Assembly (NCBI GenBank): GCA_050273025.1
Contig: CP158635.1
Location: 10,292,001 to 10,356,000 of the forward strand
Direction of reading: 5' to 3'
Length of the DNA stretch: 64,000 bases
Source: Cenococcum geophilum
Taxonomy: Eukaryota
Position 1 is the stretch's first letter; every line of letters begins with the position of its first letter. Below, piece by piece: positions 38,385 to 52,949 of the stretch. The notes under the pieces were generated by a model. The model saw only the letters and a list, made by a program, of their open reading frames with translations, did no database searches and was not told the origin of the DNA. The translations under genes were made by a program, and so were the position numbers.

Positions 38385-38414
38385 TATTATACTTAAAGCG
38401 TCCGTAATAAGTAC

Positions 38415-38983
38415 GCTAAGTTTCTAAAATATATTACTCTTCCCTTTCTCCTCTTTTAGATTAAACTCCTTTCCTTTTACCTTATCTTCTTTATATAACT
38501 TAATATTATTAAGACTAATTAAGTTTTTAAAAAGGAAAGCCTATATAGTAAGGTTTAGAATATAACCCTAATAGCAGATCCGTTAGTAAATGGGATTCTA
38601 TTTAATTCCCTCTTCCTAAAGAAGTTAGTTGCTTATCGTATAATAAAGCTTATTATTTACGGTATAGTTATTAGATATAACGGCACCTAGCTTTTACATA
38701 ATCCCGTAGTCCTTAAGCACTAAAAGGAGAGTATTTTATTACTTATCTCTACTATAAGAGGCTACTATATAAAGGCTAAGGAGAGCGTTTATAAGCTTCT
38801 CCTAACTATTAATAAAATGGCCGCAAATTACGAGGAAAAGGTAATTATTTAGAGAGGTCTAGATATTAATAGAGAAATAAATACTTATTAATGTAGATTG
38901 CAGCCTCTTTCGTATAATATTCTTTTACGATAGCTATAAGTTATAAATCTTTTTCCTAACTTCTAAATAGGCTGTAGTTATAT
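38415..38983 (-). pseudogene. hAT transposase, middle part (catalytic D and CxxH motif)
   Basis: De-RIP readings 'IDIWTS' ~38850-38870 and 'RIRCQGHILNL' ~38550-38582. Confidence 0.85.
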
Positions 38984-41900
38984 TGTTACGGCACTAGCAG
39001 AACTAGTAGAGCTAGCAAAACTTAGCAGAACTTAGCAGAACTTCGCACTAGCAAGTTGCTATAGATTGCCACAGATTGCTATATATTGCGATTACGTAAC
39101 GTAAAGATCTTATAAAACACCAAATAGTAATACTCTTTTTCTTCTTTCCTTTCCCTAGCTTTAGATTCTCGTTTATAGATAATCTAATTATATAGGCTTA
39201 CGCGACCCTTTTGCTGTGCTTATATCTTAATTAACTAAGTCGCTAACATTATCTAAAGCTTACTCTACTCTTTCTTCCTAAGAAGAAACTTAAATATATC
39301 TATTAAAATATAGAATAGGACCACAAGGATAGGACCTAAAAGAAAAGAATAGAACCTTAAGGAAAGGACCTATAAGATATATATAGACCAAAACCCCTAA
39401 AGAAATTACCCGGAATTACCTAATACCCCTACCACTATACCACAAACTACAGTAGTAGGCAAAGCAGCTGTAGGACCCTTAAATACTTTAGATAAAAAAA
39501 AATTAACGTTTTAACCCCCTAGGCAGAGCTTACGGCTGCTAATACTGAAATTAAATAACTGCGAGAGCTGCTTAAAGCTAGAGATACCCCTATATCTAAT
39601 AATAAGTCATTATTAGATAACTAAAGACTTACTATAGTCCTTTAGGCCCTATTTTAGCGCCTTAGTAGACCTACCAAGGCCTATATAGTACTAAAGCGGT
39701 TAATAAAGGTTGCGGATCCCCCGCTACTTATAGACGGAACCAACCCTATATTTAATAATTAGAAGCTTTAATTACGGGATAAGCTTAAAGTTAATATAGA
39801 CCACTTCCCTAACGCCTAAGCTAGAATGGCCTATATTTTTAGCTATACTAGCAAAAACGCCTAGACGTATTTACGCCTATAATACACTAAAGACTTAGCA
39901 GACCCCTTTATCTCTAAAGAAGAAATAATTAAATACTTATCTTCTATTTATAAAGACCCTTTTAAAGTATAAAACGCCCGCCTTAGCTATAAAAGCCTAA
40001 ATATAAAAATAATGGAGACCTTTTTGGCCTTCTAAACCCGCTTTCTATACCTAGCCAAATAGGCCTAAATTTCCTAGGAAGACCTACTACTAAACCTCTT
40101 TAATAAGCTTACCCTAGACCTATAACAGGCCGTATTACTAGCTTATACTACGGTATAAATGTTAAAGGAACTTACGGACTATTATCTAGCTATTAACTAA
40201 GGCCTCTATTAAATTAAGGCACGCGCCAACTAGCTAAAAACTAGAAACCTTATAAACTAGGCCATAAGTACTACGAGTATAGCCTATAGTGCCCTAGTAT
40301 AATCGGCAACTTCTATAGTTAACCCGGCAGCTAGTCGCGTAGCTACCCCTATTATAGGCCTAGTGTACACCCGGCCTATATATAGCGACCCCTATATATA
40401 GGCCCTTAGTAATTAAGGAGCTTACTTCTTATATGGTTAAATAGGCTACCCTATAAGGAACTGCCTAATAAAGGTAAAGATAAATAAGGTCCTATTAATT
40501 TAGGAGAATAGTATAGAGCCGGAAAAAAAGAAACCCTAGAGGAAGACTCCTCTTTATGGTTAAAAGGGATTAATATATTATATATTAATCTAGGTCAGCT
40601 AGTTAGTAAAAGAAGCTGCACTATCCCTTATACTTTATTTCGTAATAAATATTAAGTTTTAACCTCTACTTTAGCTAACTTAGGAGTAAATGCCTTTACC
40701 TTAATTAATATAAAGTGCGCTGTAAAACTGGCTAACTTTTTAAATATACACCTTAAAGAACTACCTAAACTAGTTTCTATTTACGGTTATAACGGATAGA
40801 TAAAACTATCTATTATAACTATCTTATAGATCTACTTCTGCGTTAACGGACAAAGGTAATATAATATCCCCTTATTACGGACCTTGGAAGCTATAATATA
40901 ATCTTAGGGAGAAAATAGCTAGCCTATTTAGGCTTATAGCTTAATATATAAAATAGGCAGCTTATCTAGCCCGAAACTATACCCCTAACGCCTTCCTTTA
41001 TAAAAGAGACTAGTATTATAATAGAAAATTTTATATAGCTGTAGATAAACACCGTTTACTAGGCTAATGCGATACGTAGGGACTAGGCTTTTAAGAAGGA
41101 TATATAGTTTAATCTATAACGGATCTGTATACTACACCGCCCCTAAACTACCTATGTTATACTACCCGCACTAAAGACTTAGGAAGTTAGTAGTGGCCTA
41201 GCTAAGTCCCTAATAGAGAACTTAGGCCCTATATAGCTATAAAGAAAGGCCAGGGATATTAAATAATATACCAAACTAATAAACCGGAAAGATAACTTAT
41301 GGAAAATAGAACGTAAGCTAAGGAAGACTATAAACCCTATACCACAAAATACGGCCTAATAAATATCCGTAAAGAAACCTACAGACCTTCCGCCAGTTAA
41401 TATCTACTATATTAACGCTATAGGATTCTACTAAAACCTAGTTTAGCTTAATACCGTTACCTTTATAACTAGCTTATATAAAATTAATTAAATAATTAAA
41501 AAGAAAGAAGCCCTAGCCTAAGAAAAAGGCGAGCTTATAGATAAGAAGCTAGTAAAATAAAAACTGCCCCGTTAATACTAGAAATTTAAAAATATTTTCT
41601 CTAAAGTAGTGTCTAATATACTCCTGCCTTACCAACCGTATAACTATAAGATTAAAATTAAGCCGGATAGGTGGTTACCCTTAGCTATAGCCCCCTCTAA
41701 TAGCAATTTACTGCCGAATTATAGGCTATAAAGTAGTATCTTATTAATAACCTGGATAAGGGCTTTATTAAGCCTAGTTAAGCCCCTTTTAACTTACCTA
41801 TTCTCTTTACTAAAAAGCTAAATAAGGGACTTTGTTTCTGTATTAACTACTATAAGCTTAATAATTTAACCCTTAAAGACCGCTACCTACTACCTTTACT

Positions 41901-44163
41901 TAATAAGACTTTAGCCTAAATAAGTAGAGCTAAGATCTTTACGAAGCTTAATATCCGCTAGGCTTTTTACTAAATTAGGATAAACCCTAAATTAGAAAAC
42001 CTTATTACGTTTTGGACCTATTACGGAACGTATAAATATAAAGTACTACCTTTTAGACTAACTAACGGACCGGCTATATACTAATAATATATAAATAACA
42101 TACTATTTAACTACCTTAATGACTTCTATATAGTATACCTAGATAATATTATAATCTACTCTAAAAACGAACTGGAATATAAAGAGCATATCTATAAAGT
42201 CCTATAATGGCTTTAGGAAGCTAGCCTCTAAGCTAATATTAAGAAGTTAGAATTTAGTGTTAAGTGTATAAAGTACTTAGGGTTTATTATTAGTATAAAT
42301 AGGATTAAGGTAGACCTAGAAAAGATAGCTATAATTAACTAATAGGTACCCCTAAGGACTATAAAGGGGGTATAGTTATTTTTAGGGTTCTATAACTTCT
42401 ATTAACGCTTTATTAAGAACTATAGTAGGATTACCTAGCTACTAAGCCTATTTATCTATAAGGACTGGCCCTTTTACTTTAACACCGTATATAGGCAGGC
42501 CTTTAACGAGCTTAAGAAACGACTGGTCTTTACTCCCTTACTCGCCTACTTTAACCTAAAATAGCCCTTAATACTAGAAACTAATGCCTTAGATAGTGTT
42601 ATAGCTAGCGTTTACTCCCAAAAGCAGATAAATAAAGAATAGCACCCTATTGCTTACTATTTAAAGACTATAGTAAATGCTAAGCTAAACTACCCAATTT
42701 ATAATAAAGAAATACTGGCTATTATCTCTAGCTTTTAGTACTGGCGAGCCTAACTAGAAGGTACCCCTAAGTCTATCTAGGTAGTTTCTAATTATAAGGC
42801 CTTAGAATATTTTATAATAATAAAGGCCCTTATAGCCTAATAGGCGCGCTAGGCGGACACCCTATTTTAGTTTAACTTCCTAATTATATATAGGCTAGGC
42901 GCTACTAACTATATAGACGCTCTTATAAGGCGCGAATAGGATATAAATAACTAGATAGCTATAAAGATCTTATTATAGACCTAAGCGCTACTATAACTAG
43001 AGTACCTTAACTCCTAAATATAGGCAGAACTAAATATAAACTCTTTAGATGCTAAGATATGCCCTATTAACTCTATAGAACTAGACCTTATTAATAAACT
43101 ATTATAGGTAAACTATACAGGCCCTTCTTTATAGGAGTACCGCGAAAAGGCAAAGAACGTTTTTAGCCTATAGTCCCTTAAAAGTAGACTACTTAAGCAC
43201 GGTAAATAGTTAGTAGTAGTAGAGGAACAGAACTTACGGACTTGGCTTATTACTAAAGTATATACCTAGGTCTTTACGGCTTACCCTAGAAAAAATAAGA
43301 CCTATAGGATTATTAGCAACCGCTACTACTGGCCTAGAATAATTATAGATATTAACCACTATATACGGAACTGTAATAACTACTATAGGTCTATAATTCT
43401 ATAAGATAAGACCCTAGGACTATTAAAACCCCTCCTAATACCCAACTGCCCCTAGTAATATATCTTTATAGACTTTTATAAGCTACCTCTAGACCATAAT
43501 AGATATAATATAGTTATAATCTTAGTTAACCGCTTTAGTAAGCGCCTATTCTTAATTCCCTGTTATAAGAATATTAATACTAAAGAGGCAGCCTAACTAT
43601 ATATCTATTACGTCTACCAAATTTACGGACTACTAGATACTATTATATCCGACTATAGGCTGTAGTTTATATTAGCCTTTTAAAATAAGTTTACCTAGAT
43701 CTTAGGCATTAAGCTAAAGCTTTTTATAGTATATTACCCCTAAATAGACGGTTAAATAGAGATTATAAATTAATACTTAGACTAAAAACTCTGGCCTTTT
43801 ATTAACTACTTCTAGGATAACTAGGCCGAACTATTATCTTTAATAAACTACGCCCAAGCGACCCTACCCCACAACTTTACCGGATTTGCCCCTATTTAAC
43901 TAGAAATAGGTTACCTATCCTATATAAGCTTTAACTAGGAAAGACTAGAAGGGCCCTAAACTATACGCGAAAAACTATCTTATAAGGAAGCCTAGTAGTA
44001 TGCTAAACGCTTAGAAGAAGTTTAGAAAATAGCCTATATAAACTTAGAAAAGGCCTAAAAATTAATAAAATAGTAGGCGAATAAGTATAGGCGCGAGCCT
44101 AACTTTACTATAGGCGATATAGTTTAGGTTATAATAAAGAACTAAAAGATAAAACGGCCTAGC

Positions 44164-47100
44164 TGTAACGGAACCTTATAGCAAGAACTATAATGGGTCC
44201 TATTATTGGGCTAGGTGTGTAGGAAATGCAAGTAACAATCGTCGACAAGTAATAATAACTGGTGGAGTGGTTGCCTAACAGATTAACTCCAATTATATTC
44301 TAAGAATCACTATAAGGAAGGAACTATCTAGGTAAAGACTAAGGGTCCTTAAATATACAACCATACTCCTATAAAATCCTTCTTATACGTAATATACGTC
44401 TTATATATAAGGTACGTAAGTTCCTCCTATTCCTCTTGTTTAATACGTAGCACATTATATAACCTTAGTTACTATTCCTCGTTATATAGTTCTATTAGCT
44501 CCATCCTAGACCGTGCCTAAATTAACCAACTAGCTTCTTCTATCTCTTCTCTAAGTAGTTATAATATTATACTTAAAGCGTCCGTAATACCATCTCCCTT
44601 CTCTTTATCTTCGTCCTCAAAGATTTAAAATATCTCTAAGTTATTTACTAGAGGTATAATATCCGTCTAATTAATTTGGTTAATATTATTACTTATTATA
44701 CCTAAAGCAATTTCTTCTTTACACGCCTAACGTCGTGCTCGCACTATTACTGTAATATTATCTCTTAGTAAGATTATACCGTCTCCATATTCTTGCTATT
44801 TAAAAGAGGGGTTAGTTTATATTGCGTTAGTAAGTCCATCTTTATAATAACCGTCCTCTTACTTAAAGTGCACTAAAGCGAATATTCGTTTATCCTGTAA
44901 CGTTCGCTTTATCTCTAATGCTAAATATATATAACCTATTACTCTTAATAGTTGTCTAGTCCTCTAATTAATTTGTCTTAGGGTCTCGTGTTTAATCTAC
45001 TACTACGCGGCTAGATGGTAAACTGTCTTAAGCCCTTACTAAATTAGAATATTCTTATAACGCGGAATAAAAGGCCCTAGATACTCGTATCGCGGCATCT
45101 ACTCAGTTACTTTGTCTTAAGAAGGTTTGTAAGAAGGTTCGTTCTAAAAAGTGGAAATTTATAAAATAAGGTTTATAGGAACTTGGTAATAAAAGAATAG
45201 ATTCTCCCCTAATAGAGAGGGAAATAGATCTAAGTAGCTCGGTAACTGCTCTTCTTAGGTCCCCCTTAGGTAACTTATTCTTTAGTAATCTTTCTTTATT
45301 AATACTACCTAACCTAATCTCTTCTAATACTCCTATACCTTTCTTATAGCGTTTTTTAAATTCTCTAGTAGTTCTTAGGTAGTCTTAGTATAGCCTATCT
45401 ACTTAACCTTATACTATATTTTATCGTCAATATCCTCGTAATTAACAATCTTTAAAACTTACCATTTATCTTCTTCTTATTCTCTATACGTGTCTGCTTT
45501 ATAAACTAGTAGCTTAACATTCCCATATACTGGCTCTAGCATTGCAATATACTATATAGGGTAGATCTTTATTTTAGCTAGTAGGTTTAACTTAAACGTA
45601 ACCGGTAAAATCCTCTATATAATTTTAAAAGGTCCTAGTCTAACGTAGTCCAACTTCTTGCTTAGTTATTGTTTGTACCAACTTAATGGTACAGGCGAGT
45701 CGTGTCTAGGGGCACGAAATACGTATAGTATCGTATGCTCATTTAGACGGTGGTGACTGTCGATTCTATTGAGGTAGGCTACGTGGTCTATATACTAACG
45801 CACCCCCCCCCTGACTAGCTAGTGTTTCAGGAGTGCACCAGACGCGTAAGCGAGTGAGTACACCGAACGCGTAAACGCGTACTCGGTGTATTGAACGCGT
45901 AAGCACGCGGTCGGTACAACAAGTGCTGTAATTATACAGTTATTAACTCTTAAAATTTTTATATAGTAGCTATACTTTATCTCCCTCCTTAAGATCTAGT
46001 CCCTTAGATCTCTTAGCGTTATAGTACCTTTTTATCCTCTCTTATACTTTCTTTGCTAATTCTATAAGGTCTGCATAAAGATTTATTAACATCTTCATTC
46101 TTTCCTTAGCTATACTACTCGTTTTCTTTACTTATTATAGTAATAATAATATTCTTAGTTTATACCCGTAATTTGCCTTAAATAGTAATATGCCTATTCC
46201 TTCTTAAGGTGTTGTATTGTATATAAACTGTATAACTGGTAATAGCGATACCTAATTGTTTTATATATAATTAACATAATGCCTTAGATACTGCTCTAGT
46301 ATCTAATTTAATCTTTCCGTTTAACCGTCTGTCTATAGATAATATACGGTAAAAGTTACTGCTTAAACTCCTTGCTCTGCTAAGAATACTTCCTAAAATG
46401 CTGCTATAAATCTTAGATCCCTATCTAATATAATTTTGCTTAGTGCTCTATATTTTATAAATACTTCTTTAATATAAATTCTAGCGACATCTTCCGCTAA
46501 TATTTCTTCTGTATATGCTATAAAGTATCCCCACTTTATAAGCTTGTCTACTATTATTAAGATTATATTATAATCTTGTCTGGTAATAGGGTCTCTTAAC
46601 TTTAGTAATTTAATAATAAAGTCCTATAATATAACCTCCTATAGTTTCTCTAGTATTTTAATAGGTTGTAGCCCTCTATATGGCTTATACCTTATTAGTT
46701 TATTTCTTTAGTAATCTAGACACTCTTTAGTAACCCTTCTAGCTATCCTCCAGATTCCGTTAATAATGTACTCCTTTTAAAGTCTTAATACTAAGCCTAT
46801 AGCTCCATTATATCCTTAAGTTAGTCCTTTATAAAATTCTTCTATAAACTGCTTTGCTATGCTTTTTAGGATATACTTTACTTCTCGGTTTTTATATATA
46901 TCCGTTTATAGATCTTCTAGCTATGCTTCTAGAATTCTTTATACCTAAAAGCTTTTTAGTATCTTGTAGACTTTTTTTAATTCGTTACTCTCTTAAGTTA
47001 CTATAATTTTTGGATAATTGTACCTAATTAATCCATCTATATTTTTTCGCAATAAAGCTCCTAATGGCTTTTTATTACTTTATAGTTTAGCCTTACGGCT

Positions 47101-50100
47101 TAAAGCATCTACCTATATATTGTCTATACCCTTAGTATACTAAATCTTAAAATAGTATTCTGCAAGCATCTCTGCCCATCTAACCTATCTTTAGTTAAGT
47201 TCCTTTATTATTAGGAATCCTATTAAGTTCTTATAATCCATCTTAACTATAAATAGTTTTTCTATGCCTTACAAGAATGCTCTTTATTCCTTTAATACTG
47301 CAACTATACCTAATAACTCTTTATTGTAGATGTTATAGTTTAACTCTAGTAGTGTTATCTTTTAACTATAATATACTACTAGGTGCTATCTATCTTAGTG
47401 CCTTTATATAAAGTATGCCCCTAGTATATAATCTAATATATCTATTTTTATAACTGTCTCTAGTCCTAGTTAATAGATCTTAAGAACTAGCTCCTGGGTA
47501 AACAACTCTTTAACTTTTTTAAAGAGTTCTCGCTATTCCTCTCCCTATACCTATAGTTCTTCTTTCTTTATTAATTGCGTAAATAGTTTAATATTCTTTA
47601 ACTACTGCGCTATAAACCTTCTACAGTAATTATAAAACCCTAGGAATAATCTTAACTGCGTAACGTTCTCCGGTTCTTACTAATTTACTATAGCCTTAAT
47701 CTTCTTTAGATCTATACTAAGTTGGCCTAGTTTAATAATAAATCCTATAAAATTGGTCTTCCTAGTAAAGAACTCGTATTTTTTAATTACTACTAGCATC
47801 TATTCTTTCTATAGTCTCTTTAAGACCTATTTAACGTATTCTCCGTATTCTTCCTTAGTTATTAAGTAGATAATAATGTCGTTAAGATATACCAAAACAA
47901 ATTTATCTAAGTATTCTCTTAATATATTGTTAATACGCTTCTAGAACGTTGCTAGTGCGTTTATAAGCCTGAATTGTATAACTAATAGTTTATATAGTCC
48001 TTCTTTTAACCTAAAGGCTACCTTCTATTCGTCGCCTTCCTTAATCCTAATCTAATAGTACGCCTATCTTAGATTTATTTTTATAAAGATTTACACGTTA
48101 CCTATCCTATCTTAGATCTTGCTAATTAAGGGTAAAGGATACCTATCCTTCCTGGTAATACTATTTAACTATCTATAGTTAATATACAGCCTTAGTTTGC
48201 TATTCTTTTTTAGTATAAATAGTACTGGATAACCTGCTAATAATTGTAATAGTCTAATATATCCCTTTTATAAATTCTCTTAAATAAACTCTTTTAATGC
48301 TCTACCTTCTTCTTTAGTAAGCTTATAGATTGAAAAGAACTTTAGACTTATTTCTAGTTCTAACTCTATCTTATAGTCCCATACTATATAATCTAACAGC
48401 TTCTCGCTTTCTAGTGACTATAGTTTTTTACCGTACTTATAGTATCTTTTTAGTATATAACTTAAGCCTCGCTTAGTCTTATTATATATCGCTCCAACTT
48501 AATACTATACTAACTTAGCTTGTTGTTATATCTTGCGGCGTTAAGTATCTCTAATATCGACCTAACCCGTAATCCAATTAATCTTTAGGTTATATTCCTA
48601 TAACTAAGGTATCCCTAATGCTGCCTCATCCCGTCCTAATAGTAGGATATTAAAAGATATCTTAATTTGTCTCCCTTTAATGGTTATTTAAATAGGTCCT
48701 ATTTTAAGATTAATAATCCCTCCTTCGTAGGCTATTAGATCTCCTAAAATTATAACTAATAGGTAAGATTACTCCTTCTGTCTATAAGGTAGTCCCATTT
48801 TTTAAACTGCTACTAGTAAGATATAGTTCCGCGTTACTCTACTATCTATTAGCGCTTTAAACTGCTAATCTTGCTATTTAACTTATAAATTTAGGTGTTG
48901 TCCTTAAATTCCTTTAAGGGTTTAAGGCTTTATTACTAGCTCCCTTTAGTTCTATAGGCCTCTACTTTTCCTAACTATTAGCTGCTTAATCCTTATATAC
49001 TTAGCTTACTCTTTAGCTAATACCTAGTTCGCTTTTTGTCCTCTATATACTATAGATACGTATTCTTTAGGCATTTCTACTACTATCGTCTGTCTAAGTA
49101 TTCTTCTATAAGGAATCTTCCTAGTTAAAGTATTAAGTTGCCTAACTCCTAAACTTCTGCTAAATACTAGCCGTATATATACTTAGCATTCCTATATTAT
49201 TGCTTATCTATTATCTAATATATCCTTATAGGGTATTTCCAATTCTTTTCTTTCGGATTCTGGTGCATTTTATATATGTCGTCTATGTATACAATCTATA
49301 ATAGCGTGTAGTGTGCTAGGTGCTTTAGGTTAACTCTTGGCTTGTCTTTATCCCTAAGTTTAAACCTTTATTATGCTGATCTAAACGTTATAACTTTATT
49401 CGCAGGTACTAAGATACGCCTTTTACTTCTCTAGTCCTCTAAACATTCCTCTAGATCCTTTAATGTTATAATTAAGGCTCCTTTAATATAAGTTATAGCC
49501 TTTTCTATAATTGGGTGGTCCTGGATAACTCTTTTATCTAACTATATATAGAAATCTTCCTACTTATTGTTGTGTTGTTACCTATACTACTTTTAGTATA
49601 GCTGCTAGAGTGTATATAGTTTGTCCGTAAGGAAGTATCTTCTTATTACTGCGTTGTAATAGCCTTTTATATATTATTCTTTAAACCTAGTAAGAATCCC
49701 TAGATCCTCTTTATTTTTTAGTTTAGTAAGCTACTTAGCTCTTAATATGCCTACCCTAGGCCTATTAGTAATTCTTTATACTAGTGCTCTATCCTTTATA
49801 CGTCCTAATATACTAAATCTCTTATTTAGTTTCTATTCTTGCTATGCGATAATTCTTTGCCTAAATTCTTCTATAGTTTCTTTTAGTTTGCGTCTTACTA
49901 ATAGATCCTTAAAGTCTTCTTACTTCTTAATCTTAGTATTAACTTTTTAATCTTTAGTCTAAACACTATATTCTACTGGTAAGTCCTCTAGGTCTATATG
50001 TCTGTCTCCTAGTTTGGTTACTGTTTGTATTGCAGATTCTCTAATCTATAAAGAAGCTCCTTACCTCTTATCTATAGGTATCCTAATTCGTACCCCGAAT

Positions 50101-52397
50101 TCTTAACCCCTTAAATTCTGTAATCCTAAGCTCGCTTTTAACTTAAGCTTAGCTCCTACCTTAGTTTAACTAGGCTTACTTAGTATTCTTATCTCATCTT
50201 AAGAGTCTTAAATCTCACTTATTTTATCTTAAGAGTCTTATACCTATAGGAAACTTCGTCCTAAGCTTATTTATATATTACTAAACTAAGCCGTTGCTCT
50301 GCTTTATCGGTTATTATCTATTATAGGTCCTTAAGCTTACCTTATCTCGTCTTAAGAATCTTGGTTATCTCTTATCTCATCTTAAGAATCTTAAGCCTGT
50401 GGCCTTTTGCCTTTATTAAGTGCCGAAGTGGTTTATTATCCTACTTCTCTTACGTCTCGCGAAGCGATAGATATTATGTCTAGTGGGGTCTTAATCCCTA
50501 CTAATGTTCCCTATTCTATAGTGGAATTATCCTCTACCTTTAGTGTAATATTTCTAATAGCTGCGTGTTTCTAGTAAACCGCTCTTATTACCTTATCGTT
50601 ACGAAATATTTCGCCTATGTTAAATTTATCGTCCTTAATATCTGATCTGCGAACTGGTTTATTAGTTCCTCTATATCCTATAGGTGCTAGCTCCTATAGC
50701 TAGTAGCTTACGCCATACTTAGCGTTCTTATAAATTTAGTATATATTATTATAACAAAATATAAAACTTTTAATTAAATATTCCTTTGTTCCTCGTAGTA
50801 TATTATTATCCATCTATACGTATATATTGTCTACTATTAGTCTAGTTCCCTTTATTATATAGTACTTCTAACTATCTTTATAATCCCTTATAAAGTAACC
50901 CTATTTTCCGTAATTTATATAAGCTCCTTCTCTAAACTATCTTTTTTACTATAGAGTCCGCCTAAACGCCTTCTGCTGCTAAGATCCCTAGTTTGGCCTC
51001 TACTCTTTAGACCTTTAATTACTTAATCCTTATCCTCTAGGTTTCTACGGTTTTTTACTTTATCTTTTATAGGCTTCTTTAGTACCACTTAGGTCTATTA
51101 GCTCTGCGCTATACTATAGTTTTTAACTTAGCTTTAGTTATTGTGTACTCTGCGCCTTATATAACTATAGAACTCTATCTTAGCCCCTCTTAGCCTATTC
51201 CCTTTAGTAGATCCGGTTATTAATCTTAATTACTTAATTTATTAATTCCCTTAGGGTGTCCGCATCTTCTATTAGGATAATTACGTCCTAGACTTTAGCC
51301 TTAAGTCCCTATTTATACTGTGCTATAAGCGCCCTATTATTCCACTTAACTTATATTACTAACGTCTAGAACTGCGTTGTATACTTAATTGCTAAGGTTT
51401 ATTACGTAATATCTTGGAGTTTTCTTTTTACCGTGGTTACTGCCTCTAGGTTTCTAAATATTTGTGTAAGTTACTCCACGAATCTATTCTAGCTTAAGAA
51501 TATAAACCGTACCTCTTAGTTTATAGTCGTTATTCCATTTACTTAGATTTCTATAAGGTAAGGCTTAAACTATTTAAGTGCTCTTCCTGTTAAGAATAAT
51601 CCCGCGTACGCTATTTAATTTATAGGTATTGCTAGCTTAGCTCCTTCTTGCGTGACCTTAAAGTGCATTTACATAAGGAATCCTTTAAGCTTTAATCTCT
51701 CTCCTAAGTATCTTTTAATTGATAGTAACTTAACCTTTACTACACCTATCCCGTTAATCCTATTTTCTAACATCACATTATTTTCTATTAGCTAGTCAAC
51801 TATCTCTTATAGCTGTCCGACCGTTATAGGTTGCTATAAGTTAGTGTCTGCTATACTGGTGTTGTTACCTAACCTTAAAGTAGTTGCTGCCGTTAATGGC
51901 GTTATGGTGGCTGCTTTTAGTGGCATGTTGTCCGACCTATTATTATTAATACTATAACTAGGTAGTAATTGTGTAACAGAACCTTGTAGTAAGAACTACA
52001 ATGGGTCCTATTATTAGGCTAGGTGTATAGGAAATATAAGTAACAATTGTCGACAAGTAATAATAACTGGTGGAGTGGTTGCCTAATAGATTAACTCTAA
52101 TTATATTCTAAGAATTACTATAAGGAAGGAACTATCTAGGTAGGGACTAAGGGTCCTTAAATACACAACCGTACTCCTATAAAATCCTTCTTATACGTAA
52201 TATACGTCTTATACGTAAGGTATGTAAGTTCCTCCCATTCCTCTTGTTTAATACGTAGCATATTATATAACCTTGGTTACTATTCCTCGTCATATAGTTC
52301 TATCGGCTCTATCCTAAACCGTACCTAAATTAACCAACTAGCTTCTTCCGTCTCTTCTCCAAGTAGTTATAACATCGTACTTAAAGCGTCTGTAACA
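44164..52397 (-). mobile_element. Gypsy family B copy 2, full length
   Basis: 426-bp LTRs 44164-44589 and 51972-52397; TSD CTAGC (44159-44163 / 52398-52402); RT 'VYLN(D)DIIIY' ~47866-47892. Confidence 0.95.
45670..45938 (-). mobile_element. Solo LTR related to the GalEa-like Copia
   Basis: Reverse complement begins TGTATAATTACAGCAC like 21217; 269 bp; TSD GTTAT (45665-45669 / 45939-45943). Confidence 0.9.
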
Positions 52398-52657
52398 CTA
52401 GCCGTAAGCTAGACTATAAAATAGCAGGACTGTATAAGATTTTTAATAAAGTAGGTAATTTGTATAAGGTTAAGCTCCTAGACTTAATTAAAGTTTACCC
52501 TATTTTCTTACTAGATAAGCTATAGAAAGCTATAAATAACCTACTACCTAGATAAAAGAATAAACCTCCCCTACTAATTTAAGTTAATGGCGATAATAAA
52601 TAGGAAATTAAAGAAATGCTAGCTTGTAAACTTGTAAAGGGAACGTTAAAGTATTAT

Positions 52658-52949
52658 CCCTTGCACCGATAATAACGTCCTATAAAATGTGGCCCGTTCG
52701 CACTAATTATATATAGGCGGTCAGTCGTTCTGCCGCATTACTATAGCTTTTAAATAAAGTTATAAACATTGAAATATTGGTGTATATTGTATATAGAGCC
52801 TTATTCTTTGGAGTTGAGTCGATCTACGTGCTCCTGCCAACACGGGCCGTCTTTACAATAGTATTCAACAGAGTTTATGGCGCGGGAAAGTTGATATTCT
52901 TAATATGCGTGCACGGGCCACATTTTATAGGACCCTATTAGTGCAAGGG
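52658..52949. mobile_element. MITE with CCC...GGG termini and 2-bp AT duplication (CMC-like)
   Basis: Imperfect ~40-bp TIR CCCTTGCAC...GTCCTATAAAATGTGGCCCGT; inserted in the chromodomain of family A copy 3. Empty-site length in copies 1 and 4 fits an AT duplication. Confidence 0.8.

Larger units (their letters stand above)
15614..38409 (-). mobile_element. Ty3/Gypsy chromovirus family B copy 1 (~7.9 kb core), carrying four nested insertions
   Basis: 426-bp 3' LTR 15614-16039 (TGTAACGG...CCGTAATA) with adjacent PPT; 5' LTR 32384-32802 + 38403-38409, split by a LINE; TSD AGTAC (15609-15613 / 38410-38414); RT/RNaseH/IN homology with copy 2. Confidence 0.93.
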
